This document shows, in pieces, positions 1 to 7,927 of a stretch of 64,000 bases of DNA; positions within the stretch are counted from its first letter, which is position 1; every line of letters starts with the position of its first letter. The notes under the pieces are model-generated. The model saw nothing but the letters and a program-made list of their open reading frames with translations, was not told the origin of the DNA and ran no database searches. The stretch covers positions 4,416,001 through 4,480,000 of the forward strand of contig OZ220741.1 in the NCBI GenBank assembly GCA_965116885.1, written 5' to 3'. Source of the stretch: Candidatus Latescibacterota bacterium (GTDB lineage: Bacteria; Latescibacterota; UBA2968). The position numbers and the translations under genes are program-made.

Positions 1-397
1 TGCCTGCCAAACTAAGAGAATCTATCCCAGCCAAATGCGCCCCCGTCACATCGCCACAAGTGCTTACAGGCACCAATGCCACAATTGAGTCACGCACGGC
101 AGACGTGCGGTCACATACCGGCACCACTACTGCCTGTGACGGCACTTCTTTGCCAAACGAATCGACAAATATCAAAAAGTCGGGAATACCTATCACACCA
201 TTGCCATCCAGATCATATTTGGCCTGATAGGTCCCATCGCCACGACTTGATCCAAACTGCTCCACAAATAACAAAAAGTCGGGAATACCTACGATACCAT
301 CTCCATCAAAGTCCGCAGAACGTGTCGTATTCGCAGAGGCATTCCCCACACATACCAGTACAGAAAGAATGGTCATAAACACCCCTCTCTTTTTCAT
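1..397 (-). CDS. Secreted protein with tandem dockerin-like EF-hand motifs followed by a probable LRR N-cap; runs off the window edge
   Basis: Not in the ORF track because it is open at the edge. Manual translation from ATG 397 (RBS GAAGGAG): MKKRGVFMTILSVLVCVGNASA-NTTRSADFDGDGIVGIPDFLLFVEQFG...YDLDGNGVIGIPDFLIFVDSFG...VCDRTSAVRDSIVALVPVSTCGDVTGAHLAGIDSLSL. Signal peptide plus two DxDGxGxxGIPDF loops. Confidence 0.8.
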   Translation of the reverse strand, partial: MKKRGVFMTILSVLVCVGNASANTTRSADFDGDGIVGIPDFLLFVEQFGSSRGDGTYQAKYDLDGNGVIGIPDFLIFVDSFGKEVPSQAVVVPVCDRTSAVRDSIVALVPVSTCGDVTGAHLAGIDSLSLAG

Positions 398-430
398 ATT
401 CCACACTCCTTCAAAAAATGTGACTCAAAT

Positions 431-483
431 GGGATAAGTCTCAAAAGTTCTGTCAAAAGGTAGCCCCGTGATAGGGATCACAG
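431..483 (-). mobile_element. Diverged IS256-type right-end remnant (possible MITE-like relic)
   Basis: GGGATAAGTCTCAAAAGTTCTGTCAAAAGGTAGCCCCGTGATA matches the IS end starting at 15011 (GGGTCAAGTCCAAAAAGTTCTGTAAAATTGTAGCTCCGTGATA) at 35/43 positions. Confidence 0.65.
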
Positions 484-540
484 GTCTCGCGATTCATACC
501 GCTCGTTCATCACTTTGACAGAATTAAAATTTGTTTATAA

Positions 541-556
541 TGCAAAAATCGTGCCA
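541..556 (-). promoter_or_regulatory. Sigma-54 (-24/-12) promoter, copy 1
   Basis: Minus strand reads TGGCACGATTTTTGCA, matching the TGGCACG-N4-TTGC consensus. Divergent from a sigma-54 activator gene. Confidence 0.85.
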
Positions 557-613
557 ATGTGAGCGTTGTACCAGATAGATATATGCGTAAATAATTGTTT
601 TCTATAAAAAAAA

Positions 614-703
614 GAGCCAATCTGACTATATCATATCGCCGCAGAATCGTCGGATTGGCTCTAAAAAAAAGACTTTATATGGTCTAAAAGACGTACTATG
701 GTC
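614..703. promoter_or_regulatory. Putative upstream activator sites for the sigma-54 promoter
   Basis: Inverted repeat GAGCCAATCTGACTAT-N16-ATCGTCGGATTGGCTC (614-661) plus two GAC-N8-GTC sites (671-684, 690-703). Arms are conserved in copy 2 while spacers diverge. Confidence 0.6.
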
Positions 704-838
704 TCACATAGTCCTGAGATTATTACCCCTTCATTATTTCTGTTTGCAGGTGTAAGATATAATATTATGTTTTTCTTTCTAAGTATGAGATCCAATTTAT
801 AAACCCGTTTTTTTTATTTTTTTCACAAGGTTCTTTCT

Positions 839-3800
839 ATGATCAAACCGCTTGAGCGCACGGGCACCTATCAGACCTATTCTATGGCCGACGGCCTGGC
901 CGGAATGCGCATTGAACACATTGCCGAAGATAGCGAGGGTTATCTCTGGTTCGCCATATGGGACAATGGTGTCAGTCGCTTTGATGGAGACGAGTTCCAG
1001 CATTTTACACGGCAGGAAGGTCTTGTCAGTGACCGCGTTTATTTCATTCAAAAGGACAGTCAGAATCGGTTGTGGTTTGGCACATTAAACGGGGTCTGCT
1101 GGTATGATGGGACAAATTTCCACCATTTGAAGGATGATGGGATTGTAGGCCGTGCTGTGCAGTTCATTTACGAAGACAATGAGGGGCGTATATGGTGTGG
1201 TGGTCACAGGACGCTGGGGTATTACGATGGCACTGCTTACCGCGATTTGGTTCCGCTCTATCTTCAGCACTACGAGGAACCGCCGTCTCCTTCCTGGCCC
1301 AACCAATGTCGGGGTATTGCCCAGGATCCTGAAGGTCACCTGTGGTTTGGTTTTACCTATCTCATCCGCTTTGATGGCGTATCCTTCCGCCGATATGATG
1401 AGAAAGAGGGGTTTCCGCCGCGCCCGACGAGCTATGCCCTGGGTCAGGATCACAATGGCAACGTGTGGTTTGGCCAGCGCAGGGGCGAGAGTAAACTCTG
1501 GCGCTATGCCGACGGCGACTTTGAGGCTGTTCAGATAGAGTTTGGTGGTCCAGTGCGCAAAATTCAGTGCGATAGAGAAGGACGGATGTGGCTTAGCACT
1601 TCAATGGAAGTGCTCTATCAGGATGGTGATGGATTCAGCAGGTTTACCCAGGCAGATGGCCTACCGGATTCCGCGGTTAAAGCCGTGTTACAGGATCGCA
1701 ATCATCAGTATTGGTTTGCCACCTGGGGCGGCGTCGGTCTTTACGATGCATATAGTACCAGTGTTTTCGAAAACAAGGGGCCCAAGGGAGCCCGTGGGGA
1801 GTTATCAAAAATGCGGGACATCTCGCAGATCGTGCAAGACCGGCGAGGTGATATATGGGTCGGGTATGCCGATCCTTTTCTCAACCATCTGGCGTACAGC
1901 CTTTTTCGCTTCAATGGCGAGAAATTTGCCTTTGTAGGCACAGAGGATAACCTGGATATCAACAACTGTTTTTCTATGTACGAGGATCAGGACGGGCATC
2001 TGTGGGTCGGCAGCGGCACTGGCTTATTCTGCTACGATGGGAAGAAGCTGAAAAAAATAGAATCAGTCGCGGATTTAGGCGAAGGGGGAGTTTGTGCAAT
2101 CACCCAGGACTCACAGGAGCGATTCGTTTTGGGATATTGGGAAAATGGCATACAAAAAAGAAGAGACCTTTTTGCCAGCCCATTAAAACTCATTTACCAG
2201 CAGGACGAGGCGTTCCAAACCATTTTTGTGGAGCAGGAGGAGAAAGACCCTGTCAGCCGCATTGGCACTGTGATTGTCGGGCGCAACGGCGAGTTTTATT
2301 TTTATATCCATCACCAAAATTTCTCTGACAATGGCGAGGGTTTCGCGTGCTGGCATCCCGAAGATGGTCTCAAATTTTATGGGATTGAAGACGGGCTGAT
2401 AGACGACAGAGTTACAGATCTTATAGAAGACCGCCATGGAAACTTGTGGATCGCTACTCTGAGTGGTCTTTGTTGCTTTGATGGCAACACCTTCCGGACC
2501 TTTACGACGGAAGACGGTTTGCCGAGTAACCGCATCCGTTGCTTGCTCGAAGATCGGCAAGGGCATCTCTGGCTCGGTACAGACCGGGGTGTGGCGCACT
2601 ACGATGGTCAGGTTTTTCAGACGATCAACTCACCGCATATAGGATCGGTTTGTCGGATACTCGAAGATCGCGATGGCGCCTTCTATTTTGGTACAGCCCA
2701 AAACACTCTGGTGCGCTATCGGCAACAAAAGATCCCACCCCGGATTCACTTGCTACAAGTGATTGCTGATCAAGACTATGAGAATCTGGAGGAAGTCATC
2801 GTATCCACGGCGGGACAGCAGGTGGCTTTTGAATACAAGGGCCTGAGTTTTTCCACCCATCCCAGCGACATGCTCTACATCTATCGCCTGAATGGCTATG
2901 ATACTGACTGGCAACCAGCGACCCGAAAAATGCGGGCGCATTACCGGGACCTGCCACCGGGAGACTACACCTTTCAGGTCCGGGCGATAGATCGCGACCT
3001 CAATTACTCAGAGATCGCGCAAGTGCGCCTCTCGATCACAGCAGACCCGCGTATCGAAGCATTGACCGACGTCATCAACCGGCGAGAAAGCCAGCAGTTT
3101 ATCGGTCATAGCGCGGCACTGCGCCAGTTTCAAACCAATCTTGAAAAAATCGCATCTACCAATATGACCGTGCTGATTCTGGGCGAGACGGGTGTGGGCA
3201 AGGGACTGGCTGCGCGAACACTACACGCGCTGAGTGCCCATAGCGAGGGTCCCTTTATAGAGGTTAGTTGCGGGGCACTGCCCGGGACATTGATCGATAG
3301 TGAACTTTTTGGTCACGAGAGAGGGGCTTTTACTGGCGCAGTTTTCCACAGGCTGGGCAGGGTGGAACTGGCAGAGGGTGGTACGCTCTTTCTGGATGAG
3401 ATCGGCGATATGGCTGTGGAAACGCAGTCCAAACTGTTGCGCTTGCTGGAAGAGGGCAGGTTTGAACGCATTGGGAGCAGCGAAACGCAGATGGCAAAGA
3501 CGCGCATTGTGGCAGCGACCAATCGCGACTTAAAGGAGATGGTCCGCACAGGTGATTTCCGGGAGGATCTGTATTACCGCCTCAATGCCTTTCCGATGTA
3601 TTTGCCGCCGCTGCGCGAGCGCCAGGCGGATATACCAGAGTTGGCCGAGTATTTCAAGACTCGCATGGCGACGCATCTGGGCAAGCAAATAGCTCCTCTG
3701 ACACCTGAAATTATCGAGGTGTTGCAAAGCTACGATTGGCCGGGCAATGTGCGGGAACTGGAACATACCATACAGCGAGCCGTGGTTTTATGCCCTGATT

Positions 3801-4054
3801 CTCAAATCAGAAAGGGGAATCTGGGACTGTATGGTTCTCAAATCGAAGATACAGGTCATAAAGGGCAGACCTTATCGGCACCTCAAGATCAAGAAGTCGT
3901 GTCTTTAGCAGAAATAGAGCGGCGCCACATTCTCGACGCGCTCGAAGCCACCAAATATCGGATAAAGGGACCCAAGGGCGCGGCGAAGAGGCTTGGCGTA
4001 CCGCCTTCTACGCTGTATGGAAAAATAAACAGACTGGGCATCAAACTAAGCTGA
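839..4054 (+). CDS. Sigma-54 enhancer-binding protein with N-terminal two-component-regulator beta-propeller repeats and Y_Y_Y domain, AAA+ core and Fis-type HTH
   Basis: Repeated EDxxGxLW propeller motifs; YRDLPPGDYTFQVRA (Y_Y_Y); Walker A GETGVGKG, GAFTGA, LFLDEIG, FREDLYYRL, WPGNVREL; C-terminal GAAKRLGVPPSTLYGKI. Confidence 0.93.
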   Translation: MIKPLERTGTYQTYSMADGLAGMRIEHIAEDSEGYLWFAIWDNGVSRFDGDEFQHFTRQEGLVSDRVYFIQKDSQNRLWFGTLNGVCWYDGTNFHHLKDDGIVGRAVQFIYEDNEGRIWCGGHRTLGYYDGTAYRDLVPLYLQHYEEPPSPSWPNQCRGIAQDPEGHLWFGFTYLIRFDGVSFRRYDEKEGFPPRPTSYALGQDHNGNVWFGQRRGESKLWRYADGDFEAVQIEFGGPVRKIQCDREGRMWLSTSMEVLYQDGDGFSRFTQADGLPDSAVKAVLQDRNHQYWFATWGGVGLYDAYSTSVFENKGPKGARGELSKMRDISQIVQDRRGDIWVGYADPFLNHLAYSLFRFNGEKFAFVGTEDNLDINNCFSMYEDQDGHLWVGSGTGLFCYDGKKLKKIESVADLGEGGVCAITQDSQERFVLGYWENGIQKRRDLFASPLKLIYQQDEAFQTIFVEQEEKDPVSRIGTVIVGRNGEFYFYIHHQNFSDNGEGFACWHPEDGLKFYGIEDGLIDDRVTDLIEDRHGNLWIATLSGLCCFDGNTFRTFTTEDGLPSNRIRCLLEDRQGHLWLGTDRGVAHYDGQVFQTINSPHIGSVCRILEDRDGAFYFGTAQNTLVRYRQQKIPPRIHLLQVIADQDYENLEEVIVSTAGQQVAFEYKGLSFSTHPSDMLYIYRLNGYDTDWQPATRKMRAHYRDLPPGDYTFQVRAIDRDLNYSEIAQVRLSITADPRIEALTDVINRRESQQFIGHSAALRQFQTNLEKIASTNMTVLILGETGVGKGLAARTLHALSAHSEGPFIEVSCGALPGTLIDSELFGHERGAFTGAVFHRLGRVELAEGGTLFLDEIGDMAVETQSKLLRLLEEGRFERIGSSETQMAKTRIVAATNRDLKEMVRTGDFREDLYYRLNAFPMYLPPLRERQADIPELAEYFKTRMATHLGKQIAPLTPEIIEVLQSYDWPGNVRELEHTIQRAVVLCPDSQIRKGNLGLYGSQIEDTGHKGQTLSAPQDQEVVSLAEIERRHILDALEATKYRIKGPKGAAKRLGVPPSTLYGKINRLGIKLS

Positions 4055-4110
4055 CCACGCATGTATTTCAGTTGTTCACCAACACTGACTATTTCCTATT
4101 TTCTCACCTC

Positions 4111-5667
4111 TCACGCACCTGCCACCTTAAAGGCCGTGATATTGCGGATATCCTTGCTGAACTCTACCCCGATCAGGTGAATAGGCTGATCCAGACCCCG
4201 ATATTTTTCCGCATATCCCTTTGCTTGCAATTGCGCCATTGCAGTCCCTTCAGACGCCAGTTCCACCACCTTGAACTCGAACAGATACACAGTGTCGTTG
4301 AAACGAACCGCCATGTCCAGACGCCCATCGCTGCCACTGTCTTCCACAACGATGTCGAAGCCCACCGATGCGAAGTAGGAGTAGAACACGCTGGCGTAGT
4401 AGCCTTCGTAGTTCGCTATGTCATTGTTTGTGTGCCACTGGTAGGGAATGCTGGCGAAGAACGCCTTGAACAGGTTTTTTAGGCCAGCGAAGTCATTGAC
4501 CAGCAACAGGTCGTATAAACGGGCACTGTGCTCTGCCTGTTGCGCGGGGCTTCCCGTCAAATGGTTGAGCAAGCTTTCGTTCAGGCTCTGGCGTACTTCC
4601 TGGTTTGGGTAACTCAGACGGTAGTAGGTTCTGCTACCTCGCGGTTCGGTTTGGATAATCGTGAGATAGCCGGTCTGGAACAGCAGGGCTTCGGTGGCGA
4701 TATGGTCAACATCAAAAGCCGACAGCAAATCATCACTGCCCAGCATGTTGTCCAGAGCCAGCGCACCGACCCCGCGCGATAGCAGCGTCTCGACTAAGAA
4801 TGTCGGCGTGCCGGTCTCAAACCAGTAGGCTTCGAAGTTGCGTCGCCGGAATAGCAGGAGGATGTCGAAGGGGTTATAGACCTTCTCATCGCCCCGCCAG
4901 CTATAGCCGTTGTACCAGTCGCGGATCTCATCCCTGTCCAGATCGGGAAGTTCCGGTGCAAATACCGTATCCAGATCCACATCAGTGTAGCCACATATAG
5001 ATGAATAGCGCGTATCCAGCGTGATATTGATCAAGTTGTTGAGGCCAGAGAAGATGCTCGCTTTGGTGAATTGGCTGACGCCCGTGAGGAAGGTGAAGTG
5101 AATGTGTGCGTCGCAGTCTTTAGTGGTGGCGTACAGACTGTGCAAAAAGTCGCGATTAGCCCGGGCGACTTCGGGCACCGCCAGCGCGTCCAGGATCGGC
5201 TTGTCATTTTCATCAACCAGTAGTACAACGCGCTGACCACTTCGCTCGTGGAGCACTTTCATCAAGTGGCGCAAGCGGGCTGATGCGTTTTCGTCGCGCG
5301 GGCTGACCTTTGCTTCGTTTTCCAGAGCGTCCAATTGCACCGCCACTTCCTTCCGCAAGTCGTCCGGCCCCTGATAGTTGCCACTGCTGAAGTCGAATCG
5401 CAGGACAGGATAGCGAACAGACCAATCCCAGTGGTCGTGGATGTACAGCCCCTCAAACAGCGGCTCATTGCCCTCAAACAGTTCCTTCAGAGTATCCAGA
5501 AACAGGCTTTTGCCAAACCGACGTGGACGCGATAGAAAGTAGTGCTTACCTTCGTCTATCAGTCGCTGAATGTGGGCCGTTTTATCGACATAGTAGCAGT
5601 TTTCCTCTCGTATCTCGCGAAAGGTCTGAATGCCGATAGGCAACTTGCGTCTGTCTGATATGCCCAT
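4111..5667 (-). CDS. AAA-ATPase-like protein with C-terminal PD-(D/E)XK nuclease (PDDEXK_9 type)
   Basis: LPIGIQTF start, YYVDKT, RPRRFGKS Walker A, LLVDENDKP, YWFETGTP, GRLD...FEFK and AQLQAKGY. Confidence 0.9.
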   Translation of the reverse strand: MGISDRRKLPIGIQTFREIREENCYYVDKTAHIQRLIDEGKHYFLSRPRRFGKSLFLDTLKELFEGNEPLFEGLYIHDHWDWSVRYPVLRFDFSSGNYQGPDDLRKEVAVQLDALENEAKVSPRDENASARLRHLMKVLHERSGQRVVLLVDENDKPILDALAVPEVARANRDFLHSLYATTKDCDAHIHFTFLTGVSQFTKASIFSGLNNLINITLDTRYSSICGYTDVDLDTVFAPELPDLDRDEIRDWYNGYSWRGDEKVYNPFDILLLFRRRNFEAYWFETGTPTFLVETLLSRGVGALALDNMLGSDDLLSAFDVDHIATEALLFQTGYLTIIQTEPRGSRTYYRLSYPNQEVRQSLNESLLNHLTGSPAQQAEHSARLYDLLLVNDFAGLKNLFKAFFASIPYQWHTNNDIANYEGYYASVFYSYFASVGFDIVVEDSGSDGRLDMAVRFNDTVYLFEFKVVELASEGTAMAQLQAKGYAEKYRGLDQPIHLIGVEFSKDIRNITAFKVAGA

Positions 5668-5796
5668 CTCTTATCTCCAGATTGTGATGTCAGCACGGTC
5701 GCCCTGCCCGATACAGTATTATACCGTTTTCGCTATCTATTTGGAAGTCAAAACTTTTCGTTTTTCTGTGCCTACATCTATTAGGCGGATCCGGAT

Positions 5797-5982
5797 ATGT
5801 GCGCTGAGGACGATGCGGTTGTTATTGAGGTAGAGGATAATGGGGTAGGGATGGATGAGGCGACCCGGCAGTGTCTTTTTGAGCCGTTTTTCACGACAAA
5901 AGATGCCGACCGCGGCACGGGTTTGGGATTGTCGATTATTTACGCCATTGTTCGCAATCACGATGGGGAGATTACTGTGAGC
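5797..5982 (+). pseudogene. Histidine kinase HATPase C-terminal fragment
   Basis: VEDNGVGM...FEPFFTTK...GTGLGLSIIYAIVRNHDGEITV (G1, F and G2 boxes) with no H-box or sensor. Runs directly into an oppositely oriented fragment. Confidence 0.8.
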
Positions 5983-6212
5983 TGGTTGTTTTCGATCTGC
6001 CAAGTTCCTTTGCCGCCTTGATCATCTTGCCACGTGCCGTCCGAGTTAAAGCGCGTTTCAAGCCTTGGCGCATTGTAAAATTCGAGATCGCCGAAAGCAA
6101 AACCCACAAGCCTCCACGTCCCTACAAGCTCTTTCTCTGGACCCGTCAGGTTGTCACCGCATGCTAATAGCGTACCCATTATGATAACGGATATTGCAAG
6201 CACTTGTCGCAT
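5958..6212 (-). CDS. Small lipoprotein (lipocalin-like), probably truncated at the 3' end
   Basis: Lipobox LLAC, ELVGTWRL motif, RBS GAGGA. Last codons overlap the HATPase fragment. Confidence 0.6.
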   Translation of the reverse strand: MRQVLAISVIIMGTLLACGDNLTGPEKELVGTWRLVGFAFGDLEFYNAPRLETRFNSDGTWQDDQGGKGTWQIENNQLTVISPS

Positions 6213-6331
6213 GGTATTTGTCCTCGTAAATTAAAATCGCAATGTGGCCTTTGTCCGTACTTGCCCACGGGTAGGGGAAATTCCAAAAGACAATAATGTA
6301 TTGAAGGGATAAGGTTGACGTAGCCAGTCCA

Positions 6332-6556
6332 TCACGCAAAGTCACCCAGGAGATACCCTTTAGCGGCAGCTTCAACACGGGCGACTTCTCCCTTGTGAAG
6401 AAGGGCAAGCGGTTCTGCTCCGTCGAGTGCGTCGTTTGGCACGGTTAGCCAATACCATGCTGCATCGGCGTCGCCGTCGAATATCTGTTTGATACGATCA
6501 AACCCTTCGGGAGGCTGCATGTGTTCGTTCTGTATAATTATTTGTTGCATTTCCAT
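6332..6556 (-). CDS. Xre/MbcA/ParS-type antitoxin toxin-binding domain protein (orphan)
   Basis: IFDGDADAAWYWLTVPNDALDGAEPLALL...G motif. ATG 6556 has RBS AGGAGG. Confidence 0.75.
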   Translation of the reverse strand: MEMQQIIIQNEHMQPPEGFDRIKQIFDGDADAAWYWLTVPNDALDGAEPLALLHKGEVARVEAAAKGYLLGDFA

Positions 6557-6680
6557 TTTGATCCTCCTGTGCTTGATGCTTATTCTCAGAACTTCCTGAA
6601 ACAAGGATACAGCAACGTCTGAACCAGGACATAGACGGCTTTCCCAGTCCACAAACGCGATCGGGGGACTTCTGCAAAGG

Positions 6681-7847
6681 CTATTGCTCCTCGCCGTTCA
6701 CATAGGTTACTTCCTCTACAGGTCCGTCACGATAGTACCGATAGATCCAGCGTCCGTGCGGCTTACCGTTCACATAGGGCCCTTTGATCATTCTCCCGTT
6801 CTTCGTATTCAGGACCCATTGTCCGTGCTTCTTGCCATTCACATAAGATCCTTCTTCCCTCCTCTCATGTTTCGGAAACTCAAAGAAATAGCGTCCGTGC
6901 AATATGCCGTTCATATAGTTTCTTTCCTCTACAAACTCCCCATCCGCTCCACGCTTGACCCATTGTCCGTGTTTCTTGTCGTTCGCATAGGATCCTTTGT
7001 CCACTACACCCATGGCCAAATACTCGACCCATTGTCCGTGCTTCTTGCTATTCACATAAGATCCTTTCGATGCAGGCTCGACCCATTGCCCGTACTTCCT
7101 GCCGTTCTGGAAGTGTCCTATTTCTTCGGTAGTATATTCAGTATCATTGTACACCTGCGTAACGATGAGCGTTCCCTCGCCTTCAGCAAGGCTATCGGAA
7201 CACGCGCCAGACCAGGTCATGGTCTCGTCCTTCTGAAGATAAGGATTCCAGAAGTAGCATTCAGGCTGGTTGGCCAACGCCATCCAGCAACTGGAGCCTA
7301 CAGGCTTTCCAACACATGTTCTATCGGGGGAGAACTCAAATTCCACAAGTTTCTCCTCAATCTTGAGCAACAATACCAGTGCTTCCTTGTAGGATTTGCC
7401 CTCCGTCTCTGCTGAGAGATACTTACTCACCAACTCAAGCGCGACCCTGATTGAATCTGCTGGAACGGGAACCTGTTCATACTTGAAGAAGGTAGCCTGT
7501 GCATACTGGAAGTGGAACTCGTCCGGCAATATAAGACTGTGCTCTTTTTGCAACGCGATGAACCTGTCGATGATGTTGAGCGCAGTGATATAGTCTTTTT
7601 TCTCAAGTAGCTGTGCCACTGCATCCTTGAAGTAGAGATTGCCCGTCAATGTGAGATTGTGCTCTTTTTGTAGCGCGATGCTCTTTTCTACCAGGTTGAG
7701 CGCAGCTTCATAGTCTTGTTTTTCAAGTAGCTGTTCTGCCTGCACCAGATATTTGTCCGCGATGACCTTTGGCGGCAGTTGGGCGGATGCAACCGTGGAG
7801 AATTCCAATAAAAATAGGATGAAAATACTTCTGATCATTCTCTGCAT
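6681..7847 (-). CDS. Secreted protein: conserved N-terminal helical module, Cys-rich domain, MORN-variant (YwqK-like) repeats
   Basis: Start MQRMIRSIFILFLLEFSTVASA (RBS AGGAG); internal 40-aa duplication QLLEKxDY..ALQKEH; repeats GSYVNGKKHGQWV. Confidence 0.8.
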   Translation of the reverse strand: MQRMIRSIFILFLLEFSTVASAQLPPKVIADKYLVQAEQLLEKQDYEAALNLVEKSIALQKEHNLTLTGNLYFKDAVAQLLEKKDYITALNIIDRFIALQKEHSLILPDEFHFQYAQATFFKYEQVPVPADSIRVALELVSKYLSAETEGKSYKEALVLLLKIEEKLVEFEFSPDRTCVGKPVGSSCWMALANQPECYFWNPYLQKDETMTWSGACSDSLAEGEGTLIVTQVYNDTEYTTEEIGHFQNGRKYGQWVEPASKGSYVNSKKHGQWVEYLAMGVVDKGSYANDKKHGQWVKRGADGEFVEERNYMNGILHGRYFFEFPKHERREEGSYVNGKKHGQWVLNTKNGRMIKGPYVNGKPHGRWIYRYYRDGPVEEVTYVNGEEQ

Positions 7848-7927
7848 GATTGATCTCCTGCCATTATCACCTATATGGGTTGAAATATCGTTTTCTAACA
7901 GCATGATGGCCCTCAAAACAGGCCAGT

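Larger units (their letters stand above)
534..719. repeat. Sigma-54 promoter/enhancer cassette copy 1 (diverged direct repeat of 15569-15753)
   Basis: Shared blocks TTTATAATGCAAAAAxCGTGCCAATGTG, CCAATCTGACTAT..ATxGTCGGATTGGCTCT and AAAAAAGACTTTATATGGTCTAAAAGACGTACTATGGTCT. Confidence 0.9.

Noticed and set aside
76..378. ORF-track 100-aa plus-strand ORF and the many short ORFs overlapping long genes
   Set aside because: Antisense or alternate-frame shadows of well-supported genes, with no recognisable motifs.
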